Virus record (IMG/VR): IMGVR_UViG_3300005253_000055
Source: a virus
Length of the DNA stretch: 64,000 nt
Direction: 5' to 3' (one strand)
The notes beneath the pieces are model-generated. The model saw only the letters and a program-made list of their open reading frames with translations, had not been told where the DNA came from and did no database searches. The translations under genes and the position numbers were made by a program. Position 1 is the first letter of the stretch; each line of letters opens with the position of its first letter. Shown here piece after piece: positions 1-8,016 of this stretch.

Positions 1-76
1 AAAAAAATGAGTAGTTCTTGACAGGTATTCCATCAACTAAAAGATTTCCCTCCTTAAAATTTACTAGTGTATACAT
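1..76 (-). CDS. partial CDS (first 25 codons, runs off left edge)
   Basis: ATG at 76-74 on minus strand, open to position 1 (MYTLVNFKEGNLLVDGIPVKNYSFF...); co-oriented with the 129-5974 block. Confidence 0.3.
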   Translation of the reverse strand, partial: MYTLVNFKEGNLLVDGIPVKNYSFF

Positions 77-128
77 TGTTTAATTTTTAGAACATTTAAC
101 TTTCTCCCACCTACCCTATTCTCTCATA

Positions 129-980
129 TTAAGCTGCTTTTAAGTAATATTCAATCATCGCATCTACTTCATCTTTTAAATAAAGCATAGGATACCTCTC
201 TGTATCCAATGGATTAAGCTTACCCTTTTTATCCCTCTTCACATGCTCAATCCACATGTCTCTTACTTTTAGACCATAATATTCTAACATACGACCGTAT
301 AAAGATCCTTGCAACTGATAGTGCATAAAGTTACAGTCCATTATATGAGCTATAGGAGAGTACATCATGTCTTGTTGTCTGGTAGATGGGTTTGTGTAGG
401 ATACCTTATCCAATTTCTTATTCGTCTTATAATCTCCTATATCTACATATGGCTTTTCTACCACTACAAGATCAGCCTGTCCTGCCGTCTTCCACTCATT
501 TACGTAGATCAACAGCTCAGAGTATATACCGTCAGGAATCTGGGAGAAGTCGTAATCTATCATATCCTGAGGTTTCATAACGTGAATTATCCCATCAACC
601 TTATGATACATCTCCTTCTTCCATCCTATCTCTTTCTTAGCATGTAAGTCATGGCCCTCATCTCTCGCAGTATCTCCTATGTCTAACCACATCTTAATAA
701 TCTGAGTCTGGATCTCAGACACTTTTATCTTCTCAGCAGGTTTAGCATAACCCTCAAACCAACGGTTAATGCTCTTATACCCTACCATCCTCTTTATCGC
801 AAGCCACTCACTCTCACCTCCCTTATAGTCTGTCATCCATTTCTGAATAGCCTTATATCGACTCCAATACTTCGTATCAAAAGGTTTATGGAATTTAGAT
901 ATTAAGGTAGTTACTCCTATATAGTCTAGTCCAGTCTCATCCTTATACGTATGGCCTTCCGGCTCAAATGTTACTTTCAT
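129..980 (-). CDS. PD-(D/E)xK-fold nuclease (RecB/Cas4-like phage exonuclease)
   Basis: 283 aa; N-terminal GHTY...GVTTLIS, then D in QADLVVV and DYK in IGDYKT, giving the D...(D/E)xK layout. Confidence 0.55.
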   Translation of the reverse strand: MKVTFEPEGHTYKDETGLDYIGVTTLISKFHKPFDTKYWSRYKAIQKWMTDYKGGESEWLAIKRMVGYKSINRWFEGYAKPAEKIKVSEIQTQIIKMWLDIGDTARDEGHDLHAKKEIGWKKEMYHKVDGIIHVMKPQDMIDYDFSQIPDGIYSELLIYVNEWKTAGQADLVVVEKPYVDIGDYKTNKKLDKVSYTNPSTRQQDMMYSPIAHIMDCNFMHYQLQGSLYGRMLEYYGLKVRDMWIEHVKRDKKGKLNPLDTERYPMLYLKDEVDAMIEYYLKAA

Positions 981-1191
981 GGTTCTTTACTATTCCAGTT
1001 ATCATATCTAATGTTTTTACTCCTTCTTGAGTTTCTACTGTGATAATACGTTCTATAACTGATGTTACGAAGCCAAGCATCCTCAGATTTCTTATAACCT
1101 CTAAAGTACCTATATGCCCTACCATAACATCTGCGTTACCGGTATGTACAGTATATATAGCACCTGGAAATATTTTCTCTTCTAGTGTCAT
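964..1191 (-). CDS. hypothetical protein
   Basis: 75-aa ORF in tightly packed minus-strand array; ends overlap both neighbours. Confidence 0.5.
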   Translation of the reverse strand: MTLEEKIFPGAIYTVHTGNADVMVGHIGTLEVIRNLRMLGFVTSVIERIITVETQEGVKTLDMITGIVKNHESNI

Positions 1192-1436
1192 CCTTGTATT
1201 AGGCTAGAAAAATAGGGAGAGAGTACGCTTAAATCTATAAGACCTATCTCTTGTGCTCTCTCCATAGTCATAACAACTCGCTCTACTCTCATCCCACCCT
1301 CACCTATTATAGTAACCCGACTAGAAGCACTGTCAATATACAATCCAGTTATATATAGAGTTGGTTCTTTCTCCGTTTTTATATCAAAAGTTGGAATTAA
1401 CCACACAACAACGTTATCTTTCTTACTACTTCTCAT
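1188..1436 (-). CDS. hypothetical protein
   Basis: 82-aa ORF; its stop codon overlaps the start of the downstream gene by 4 nt (1188-1191). Confidence 0.5.
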   Translation of the reverse strand: MRSSKKDNVVVWLIPTFDIKTEKEPTLYITGLYIDSASSRVTIIGEGGMRVERVVMTMERAQEIGLIDLSVLSPYFSSLIQG

Positions 1437-1448
1437 TTTCTAAGTTTA

Positions 1449-1763
1449 TCATAATATCAGTTCCTTTTCCATATGTACTAACTTACGAAGTCCATACATC
1501 TTATTAGTATATTTAATCTCCTTCATAGGATCTTTAACTCTAGCACTGTATATAACCCTTTGATCCCTTTTACTAAAAATCACAATAAAGTGTCTACCAT
1601 CTCGGTACCAGTGGTATCTTACAAACCACTTATCTACAGGAGGTACCTTAACCCTTGCTGCTTTCTTCTCAATCTCAATACCCTTGATTTTATCCAATAC
1701 CTCTCTACCTTCCCCCTTCTTACCTACGACAAAAGACTGAGCAAATTTTCCTGAGTTAGTCAT
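1449..1763 (-). CDS. hypothetical protein
   Basis: 104-aa basic ORF, overlaps upstream gene by 8 nt. Confidence 0.55.
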   Translation of the reverse strand: MTNSGKFAQSFVVGKKGEGREVLDKIKGIEIEKKAARVKVPPVDKWFVRYHWYRDGRHFIVIFSKRDQRVIYSARVKDPMKEIKYTNKMYGLRKLVHMEKELIL

Positions 1764-2073
1764 TAAATTCCATTAATTTCTTATTCACTACATATACTCC
1801 ACGACCATCATCTGTAGGTATTAATATCTTTAACATCTTTAATCTCTTTATATGTCTCTCTATTGTAGACTGAGGCATCTTATTAAGTTTTACATGGATT
1901 CTAAGATGATTACCTTGATTAGATACCCACTTATTATCTTCCTTATTCATCTGTTTTAAGATCAATCTTAAAACCTTAATATGAGGTTCATTAAGAGCTT
2001 GAAATAAGTCTGGATTTACGTCCATATAAATCTTAATATACTTTCTTCTTGGTTGTCTAAAGACATTATTCAT
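1756..2073 (-). CDS. putative winged-helix/HTH DNA-binding protein
   Basis: 105 aa; segment KMPQSTIERHIKRLKMLKIL looks like a helix-turn-helix recognition unit. Confidence 0.4.
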   Translation of the reverse strand: MNNVFRQPRRKYIKIYMDVNPDLFQALNEPHIKVLRLILKQMNKEDNKWVSNQGNHLRIHVKLNKMPQSTIERHIKRLKMLKILIPTDDGRGVYVVNKKLMEFND

Positions 2074-2333
2074 TACCTCCCCTCAGTGTCTGTTACTGCA
2101 TCTTCTTCCTTATTTCCACTATATGTTATCTTCACAATTCCAACGTCTAGATTAATATCTATACGATGGATCTTCCCACCCGGAGCTAAGGTAGTTTGAT
2201 CTACCTTAGCTAAACCAGACTCATCAGGAGCGAGGTTACTCATAGACATATAACCGGGACGTACAAAGTGAATAGACTTTATGTCCCCTATATCCTGTAC
2301 CTCTTCCTTTCTAATTGGCCTCTTTTCCTCCAT
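2073..2333 (-). CDS. hypothetical protein
   Basis: 86-aa ORF, 1-nt stop/start overlap with downstream gene. Confidence 0.5.
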   Translation of the reverse strand: MEEKRPIRKEEVQDIGDIKSIHFVRPGYMSMSNLAPDESGLAKVDQTTLAPGGKIHRIDINLDVGIVKITYSGNKEEDAVTDTEGR

Positions 2334-2817
2334 GTATCTTTTGAGCTAGGTTCTTAATAGACTTTTCCTTTACTTTAGTAGAAGACATTAGAACTTCCTT
2401 CCTGTCTTCAGAATAGGAATCATCATGACTTAGCTGAGATACATGATTATCAAGTGTATCTTTAAGTCCCCTTATTTCTCCTTGAAGATCCGATACCTGT
2501 CCAGCTAGGTTCTGACTATCTAACGTATTGATAGTTTCATCAATCTGATTTCCAAGAGAGAGTAATTTTTCTTTCAGACCAGAGATGTCCTCAGCCGTTT
2601 TCTTAAAGAAATCATCCACCGTCTCTCCTAAGTCTACTACATCCTTAGTTAATCCAATTACAGGGTCTTGTTGACCGGTTTCCTTAGTCTCTTCCTGAAT
2701 ATCCTCACTTTCTATTCGTTCAATAGCCCGTTCTAAAACGTCCTCTAATCTATTACTAGTAACAGACGTGTTACCAGCAACAAATTCTTTCCTTAATTCT
2801 TCTAATAATATTTTCAT
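2311..2817 (-). CDS. hypothetical acidic coiled-coil protein
   Basis: 168 aa, E/D/L/K-rich heptad-like sequence. Confidence 0.55.
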   Translation of the reverse strand: MKILLEELRKEFVAGNTSVTSNRLEDVLERAIERIESEDIQEETKETGQQDPVIGLTKDVVDLGETVDDFFKKTAEDISGLKEKLLSLGNQIDETINTLDSQNLAGQVSDLQGEIRGLKDTLDNHVSQLSHDDSYSEDRKEVLMSSTKVKEKSIKNLAQKIHGGKEAN

Positions 2818-2841
2818 TGTCTTTAATTGTTTATGTGAATA

Positions 2842-3108
2842 TTATAACTGTAAACCATCTGCCGTAGGTTCTATCTTAGTTCCCGTAGTAGGGTCTTTGC
2901 TACTAGGATACGGATTAGGAGTATTGAGTCTCTTTAAATCCATTCCTAACCACATTACACCTTCCTGTAACTTGGTAATAGACAAACTACGCTCCCTGGA
3001 GGTAGGTAAGGCTTTAATTCTCTGAATTATTTCATCAGTGTCTTTTCGTAGTTGCTTATCAGCTACTACGTCATCTTCAAATGTCATCATGTTATTTTCT
3101 GTTTCCAT
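2842..3108 (-). CDS. hypothetical protein
   Basis: 88-aa ORF with ATG start in operon context. Confidence 0.55.
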   Translation of the reverse strand: METENNMMTFEDDVVADKQLRKDTDEIIQRIKALPTSRERSLSITKLQEGVMWLGMDLKRLNTPNPYPSSKDPTTGTKIEPTADGLQL

Positions 3109-3111
3109 TAT

Positions 3112-3393
3112 TTAATTGTTTATGTTAAAGTTATAAATTTCTTCCTCAAAAGGTACAGGATCACTCCATGTACCATCATCTTTAGAGTAACAGTACCAAA
3201 GCCTTACTTCATGCGGAGAGGCAGTCCACTCCTTTTTAAAAGGAAGAGTAAATGTCTTTCCTCCAAGTCCGGGAACATCTAATCTGTTATCATGTCCCGC
3301 AGTCAATCTTCTCTTCTTCCAAAGAGATGTTACTATTGTTAGCCCAGCTCCTATAAGAATCAGTACACTAACAAGGAATTTTTTTCTAGTCAT
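3112..3393 (-). CDS. N-terminally anchored small membrane protein
   Basis: MTRKKFLVSVLILIGAGLTIVTSLWKKRR: charged head, about 20 hydrophobic residues, then WKKR; N-terminus resembles that of 3658-3990. Confidence 0.55.
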   Translation of the reverse strand: MTRKKFLVSVLILIGAGLTIVTSLWKKRRLTAGHDNRLDVPGLGGKTFTLPFKKEWTASPHEVRLWYCYSKDDGTWSDPVPFEEEIYNFNINN

Positions 3394-3394
3394 T

Positions 3395-3658
3395 TTAGTA
3401 TCTATATGAATCTAAATGTAGGCCATAAATGTTATACGTATCAAATATCTCTTGTTCCTTCTTTTCCATCCATTCTTCCTGTTTCTGCCAAGCTTCCCAG
3501 TCTATCCAGTACTGTTTATTCTTAAAAGTAACATGAACCTTCCTGCTCTCAAGCTCAGAAACTTCTGGCCAGTTACGATCTGTAGCTAATACAGCAGGAG
3601 TTACGGCAATTACTGCCACTCCTGTTACTAACTCTTTAAAAAATCCTCTCCTCTTCAT
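3395..3658 (-). CDS. small exported protein with twin-arginine-like signal
   Basis: MKRRGFFKELVTGVAVIAVTPAVLA|TD: RRxFxK motif, hydrophobic region and AxA-like site. Confidence 0.5.
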   Translation of the reverse strand: MKRRGFFKELVTGVAVIAVTPAVLATDRNWPEVSELESRKVHVTFKNKQYWIDWEAWQKQEEWMEKKEQEIFDTYNIYGLHLDSYRY

Positions 3659-3990
3659 TATTTAAAAGGTTTATTCATTACAAACACTCTACGGCCTTCT
3701 AATTCTTTTACCTCCTCAGGAGTAACTACCATCCCCGGTTTCGCAGTCATATCATGATGCATAAACGTCACAGTACCTCCATTCGCTAGATGATACCTAA
3801 ACATATCTCCCTCTTTAGGTATATAGCACTCATCCGGTGTCAAAGGATACTTAGCCATGTCATTAGATATTGATACTATCTTATGTCTAGCATCACTTCT
3901 TTTCTTCCACCAACATACAGCTCCAGCTATCCCCGTTATTGCTAACAGAAAAGCGAACCATAAGTCTTTTATAAAGTTCCTTCTAGTCAT
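3658..3990 (-). CDS. small membrane/exported protein with twin-arginine-like N-terminus
   Basis: MTRRNFIKDLWFAFLLAITGIAGAVCWWKKR: T-R-R-x-F-I-K followed by a hydrophobic segment. Confidence 0.5.
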   Translation of the reverse strand: MTRRNFIKDLWFAFLLAITGIAGAVCWWKKRSDARHKIVSISNDMAKYPLTPDECYIPKEGDMFRYHLANGGTVTFMHHDMTAKPGMVVTPEEVKELEGRRVFVMNKPFK

Positions 3991-4202
3991 GGTCGTTCGT
4001 ATAATTTTTCTAGATAAGTCTTACCGTCATACATCTTTTTAACTTCCAGTATAAACAGTGCATTCTCCGAGTTATTCCAACCATGTTCTTCCATACATGC
4101 TGTCATCTCCTTCACAATATCGTCTTTGGTTATATCCCGCTTCCACTCTTGTACAGGTACATCCTGATAACTTGTATAATATATTGTATAGGTATCCGTC
4201 AT
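3987..4202 (-). CDS. hypothetical protein
   Basis: 71-aa ORF, 4-nt overlap with downstream gene. Confidence 0.5.
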   Translation of the reverse strand: MTDTYTIYYTSYQDVPVQEWKRDITKDDIVKEMTACMEEHGWNNSENALFILEVKKMYDGKTYLEKLYERP

Positions 4203-4225
4203 ATTAATTTCTTATAAAGTTTCTT

Positions 4226-5344
4226 CTAGTCATCATTCCTAGGTCCTTTTACTTGTGTTACAACTATACCAATAGTATTAGACCCTCCACCTCGTCCTAC
4301 TCCTTTTACCTTATACCAACGATCCGTATCTTTTGTGTATACAAAGTGACCTACATGAAGATTCTGTACCTCATTTACTATAGGATCAGCAACTAGAATA
4401 AGACCAGTGCCAGTTCCACTTATCATCTTATAGTCTGTAAGAGTAAAGTTTGGGCCTTCATTCTGCTCATTGAATGTAGGTTCCTTTTTAGTAGGCAAAT
4501 AATCTTCATCAGGTACTTTAGTTACCACAAAGGCTTTCTTATTAGAATTTGACTCTTGTTCTATACCTCTAATTATATATACATTACGAAGATTGATGTC
4601 TACTACACTATTCCCTACTTGTGCCTTCTCTAACATCTCTAGGTTATTATGAGGGATTAACACCAAACCCCTACCAGTAATTTCCTTTAAGTCGTAATCA
4701 GTTAACATCCATGTTCCTTTAAGCGGAGTAGGTATCTTACCTATGTAATACATATCAGGATCAGAGTGAGAAGGCCCCGATCCAACAAAAGAACCATCAG
4801 TAGGAGTTACTGTTACCTCCGGCCCATCACAAGTCACTTTAAACGGATTAGGGACACAAGGACATCTACTAGTATAAGGAGACAATCCAGCCCCACATAC
4901 AGGACAAGTCCAGCTTTGAGGACTAAAGAGCCCAGGCATAGGAGTAGTTGGACAAGTACATCGTTCAGGATCAACCGCACTATCTATGGCTAACCAACTA
5001 TATAACTTACCACATTTCTGACATCTTGTTTTATTGTGCATACCACCTTGCAATTCTCCTAGTGCCTCAGTTGTCTTGAACTGCATGTTCTTATCATGTT
5101 CTCGTTTCTTCAGACACTCACATAATGGCCCACCAGAATGTGTACCATCCAGAGTAAAGGGTTTTCCACATACAGAACATATATTAGGCGTGATATAGCT
5201 CGTCTTATCTTCTATTGTTACACCAGTCTCATCTCCGGTTACTTTAGTCTCAAACTTTATTCCCTTCTTATGCATCCCACCTCTTAGCTCAGTCACATTC
5301 TTATTCTCACTAAGAGGAGGATTAGGATTTATTGTCTTTGTCAT
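4226..5344 (-). CDS. multi-zinc-ribbon protein with duplicated C-terminal domain
   Basis: 372 aa; CxxC pairs (CSVCGK..CEC, CQKCGK, CPVCGAG..CPC); repeated ELxGGMHxK; two ~70-aa repeats starting LTDYDLKEITGRGLVL / LTDYKMISGTGTGLIL. Confidence 0.6.
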   Translation of the reverse strand: MTKTINPNPPLSENKNVTELRGGMHKKGIKFETKVTGDETGVTIEDKTSYITPNICSVCGKPFTLDGTHSGGPLCECLKKREHDKNMQFKTTEALGELQGGMHNKTRCQKCGKLYSWLAIDSAVDPERCTCPTTPMPGLFSPQSWTCPVCGAGLSPYTSRCPCVPNPFKVTCDGPEVTVTPTDGSFVGSGPSHSDPDMYYIGKIPTPLKGTWMLTDYDLKEITGRGLVLIPHNNLEMLEKAQVGNSVVDINLRNVYIIRGIEQESNSNKKAFVVTKVPDEDYLPTKKEPTFNEQNEGPNFTLTDYKMISGTGTGLILVADPIVNEVQNLHVGHFVYTKDTDRWYKVKGVGRGGGSNTIGIVVTQVKGPRNDD

Positions 5345-5346
5345 AA

Positions 5347-5589
5347 CTATCTAATTTGTGTCTTTCTTGTATTTATGCGTTGTGCTGAACTGTTAGTAGA
5401 AGTATCAGAAGAACTAATAGCTCTAACTTTAATTGTAAAACCACTATTATACGTGTACGTAGTGTTTCCTCTCCTATTCCTATCTCTTGTTTCCAACTCC
5501 TTACCTATCGCTTCCACAAGAAGTCTCAAATCCTTATCAGAAAGTTGATATAACTGACCTGCTATAGTACCAAAGGTTACGTCTTGCAT
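5347..5589 (-). CDS. hypothetical protein
   Basis: 80-aa ORF in operon context. Confidence 0.45.
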   Translation of the reverse strand: MQDVTFGTIAGQLYQLSDKDLRLLVEAIGKELETRDRNRRGNTTYTYNSGFTIKVRAISSSDTSTNSSAQRINTRKTQIR

Positions 5590-5653
5590 ATTACTAATTA
5601 AACTGTAATCCCAGGTACGTCTGTCTTCTCTATTATAATTGGTTTAGCTACAC

Positions 5654-5974
5654 TCATCCTTCCATTCTTTTATCCCAATCAAAGGAAGCTGTCTTTACTA
5701 CTTCTCCCCCGGTTCCGAAGAATACAGGAGGATTAGACTTAAAAGGAACACAGAAGAAACTACTAGTATCATTCCACAGCTTTAACAACTCTTTTCTCTC
5801 TTCTTCTGTCATCCTACTAGGACACTCATAAGGACTAAACGCTATAATCCCTTCTGTTCTACCTCCTCTTGATCTAACAGCTTCTTCAGGGAATGGCTCA
5901 AGTACTTCTTTCATAGCTTCTATTGATCCAGCTAAAGGTTCCTTCGTTTTATTACTCATATCACTATCTTTCAT
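5654..5974 (-). CDS. hypothetical protein (first gene of leftward block)
   Basis: 106-aa ORF bordering the large non-coding region. Confidence 0.5.
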   Translation of the reverse strand: MKDSDMSNKTKEPLAGSIEAMKEVLEPFPEEAVRSRGGRTEGIIAFSPYECPSRMTEEERKELLKLWNDTSSFFCVPFKSNPPVFFGTGGEVVKTASFDWDKRMEG

Positions 5975-6273
5975 ATGTTAGTTCCAATTTACTCTTAACT
6001 CTAGGAGGAATGCCTCATTTTATCCACTCTATTATTCCTATTACAATTGCTAGTATTATACTATCTACGATTAGACTGGGTAATATAACTATACCCCACT
6101 CTTCCCCTCTATTTGCTTATTCCAAGGATGAAATTCATCAACTATACATATTATAAGCCAAAGTATTGTCATAAGTCTACTATCTTAATAAATTGTGTAT
6201 CCAAAAAATATTTTTTCACCCTTGCAAGTTAAGGGTAAACGGTGATATATCCTAATAATCCGGAAAATAAAAG

Positions 6274-6297
6274 TTATCCACATTCAATTGTGGAAAA
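6274..6297. promoter_or_regulatory. inverted pair of DnaA-box sequences
   Basis: TTATCCACA (6274-6282, perfect consensus) and TGTGGAAAA (6289-6297, reverse complement TTTTCCACA fits TTWTNCACA); a third, TTATCCACT, at 6020-6028. Confidence 0.45.
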
Positions 6298-6335
6298 ATA
6301 AATACGATTTTTATAGTGTTTCAAAATGATACACT

Positions 6336-6428
6336 TTTCACCCTCACATCCTGTAGCTACTACCACCAGGATGTGGTGGTGTGAGCCTCAGAAAGTGATG
6401 TTAGTACCTATAAAAAGTGAGGGTGAAA
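6336..6428. repeat. 12-bp inverted repeat TTTCACCCTCAC / GTGAGGGTGAAA with nested stem
   Basis: Arms at 6336-6347 and 6417-6428; inner stem CATCCTG (6347-6353) / CAGGATG (6367-6373); a third TTTCACCCT copy at 6214-6222. Confidence 0.6.
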
Positions 6429-6709
6429 TTTTAGAACTCCTTGATAATCAGATAGTTACCAAAATTACCAATACTAAAGCAAGACTGCTTTAGCAGTCCT
6501 TCCTGAAGGAACAGGTCTAGTAAGAACAATTCCATCACCGGAACCAGCCTTTCCCCGATAGAAAAAGATACCGAGCGATCATCGGAGATAGAGAAACGGG
6601 TAGAGAAAAAACGATTAGTTCTTACAGTGAACTGGAAGAGAGGAAGATAGTAGAGAAGACAGTAGGTTGATTGAGGAGATAGATGTAGATGGTAGAAAAA
6701 GATAAATTT

Positions 6710-6870
6710 TTTGTGAAATTACAGGCAAATGGGTAGGTATAGAGATAATAGAAGTAGTTAAAAAATCTCTTAAAATTTGAAGTGTAAAGAGCGTTTGGGC
6801 AGATAGTAGACAGAAAGATGAGTTAAATTTCTTATAATTTTTGTAAGGAAAAGAGGCGTTTGGGTAGGTA
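6710..6870 (+). repeat. three bipartite direct repeats, TTTG-N11-12-GCRWWTGGGYAGRTA, about 65-bp period
   Basis: GCAAATGGGTAGGTA 6725-6739, GCGTTTGGGCAGATA 6791-6805, GCGTTTGGGTAGGTA 6856-6870; each has TTTG 11-12 nt upstream (6710, 6776, 6840). Confidence 0.6.
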
Positions 6871-6951
6871 CTAACTCATCGACCCCTTCTCTGGAAAGGC
6901 ATCAAAGTACCCCCGGCATAGTGCGAAAGGTACACTCAAACCTATAAGATT

Positions 6952-7143
6952 ATGGCAAAAGTAACAAGCGTTGACACTATTCCTACTTCAAGAGGCGTTC
7001 AGATTATCATCAACTATGAACCAACTAAGGACAAAGAAGGCAACCGAATTGAGTATGCACCTTCATTCTATCCAGACACTAAGGTGATGCAAGAGTTCTG
7101 GGCTGATGCAGTTGGTAAGGAAGTGAAGAGGAATGCACGATAA
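6952..7143 (+). CDS. hypothetical protein (first rightward gene)
   Basis: 63-aa ORF with ATG start, followed directly by its own intrinsic terminator. Confidence 0.6.
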   Translation: MAKVTSVDTIPTSRGVQIIINYEPTKDKEGNRIEYAPSFYPDTKVMQEFWADAVGKEVKRNAR

Positions 7144-7145
7144 CG

Positions 7146-7176
7146 GAAGGGCTTCGGCCCTTTCTTTCCCTTTGTT
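7146..7176 (+). terminator. rho-independent terminator
   Basis: GAAGGGC-TTCG-GCCCTTT stem-loop (7146-7163) followed by a T-rich tract. Confidence 0.6.
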
Positions 7177-7217
7177 CTTATCATCATACACTATAATACA
7201 CTACAAACACAGACACT

Positions 7218-7439
7218 ATGAAAGAATTCACTGTTACCTATACCTCTCTTCTCTCCTTACATACCAAGGGAAGACTGATTACTGATTCAGCTTGCTCCCC
7301 TCCAATAATCTTAAGTTTAAACTTAGCCAATCCAGGACTAGACAGGAAAGTACAGAGAGCTTTGGAGAAGATAGTACAGAAGGAACTTGAAAAGAGTATA
7401 AGAAGTCATGATCAAACTAGTCAATTTATCACACACTAA
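7218..7439 (+). CDS. hypothetical protein
   Basis: 73-aa ORF with ATG start. Confidence 0.45.
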   Translation: MKEFTVTYTSLLSLHTKGRLITDSACSPPIILSLNLANPGLDRKVQRALEKIVQKELEKSIRSHDQTSQFITH

Positions 7440-7450
7440 ACCTATTTAAT

Positions 7451-7738
7451 ATGGACATAGTATACACAGTAATCAGAGAATCCAGAATCCCCAAAGATAA
7501 TCTCCTAGAGCTTCTAAGAGCTACCTCGGATAGACAGCTTGCAATGCAACATATGTTTGATAATGCTTCTGGGAGTGTAGCGTTGGAAGATGGACATAAA
7601 GAAAACATAGTTGTTTATGTCTTAGAACATAGTATTTCCTTCCCAAGAGGTAATCAAATTGCCTTCATAGAGGTTGAGATTGTGAGGGGGGAAGAGAAGA
7701 AAGATGAGGGAACAGGAGAAGGAGACTATGCTCCGTGA
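7451..7738 (+). CDS. hypothetical protein
   Basis: 95-aa ORF with acidic C-terminus. Confidence 0.55.
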   Translation: MDIVYTVIRESRIPKDNLLELLRATSDRQLAMQHMFDNASGSVALEDGHKENIVVYVLEHSISFPRGNQIAFIEVEIVRGEEKKDEGTGEGDYAP

Positions 7739-8016
7739 GGGGAGATTGAGACTTAAGATGATTAAATTATCAAGGTAACACAGTACTCAGTGGATAGGAA
7801 GGAGTTGAGATGTACTCGGTGGGATAGAGATATTACATTTACCTCCCACTACTCTTCCTCCTTCTATCCACCTACCTGACTGTCCTCCTTGCTAATAGAC
7901 CGTTATCACTACATTAACCTCAATAGTAAATAACAGGAGTCATCTTACTAACATACATTATCAGTACATTGTCTTCACCTTATTAAGATTAATAATACAC
8001 TCAAACCCATATATAA

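Larger units (their letters stand above)
5975..6951. promoter_or_regulatory. divergent control region / candidate replication origin and early promoter field
   Basis: 977 bp with no convincing ORF, between divergent gene blocks; contains DnaA boxes, nested inverted repeats, a purine-rich AGATAG field and three bipartite direct repeats. Confidence 0.5.

Noticed and set aside
5923-6156. 77-aa plus-strand ORF at the edge of the control region
   Set aside because: It has a non-ATG start and begins antisense to 5654-5974. The product is Ile/Ser/Leu-rich, and no start cassette is present.
6710-6870. CRISPR array or CRISPR-like repeats (65-bp-period repeats here; 27-bp repeats at 62830-62937)
   Set aside because: There are only three degenerate bipartite repeats with no unique spacers of CRISPR type and no cas genes. 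The 27-bp repeats are in-frame coding repeats.
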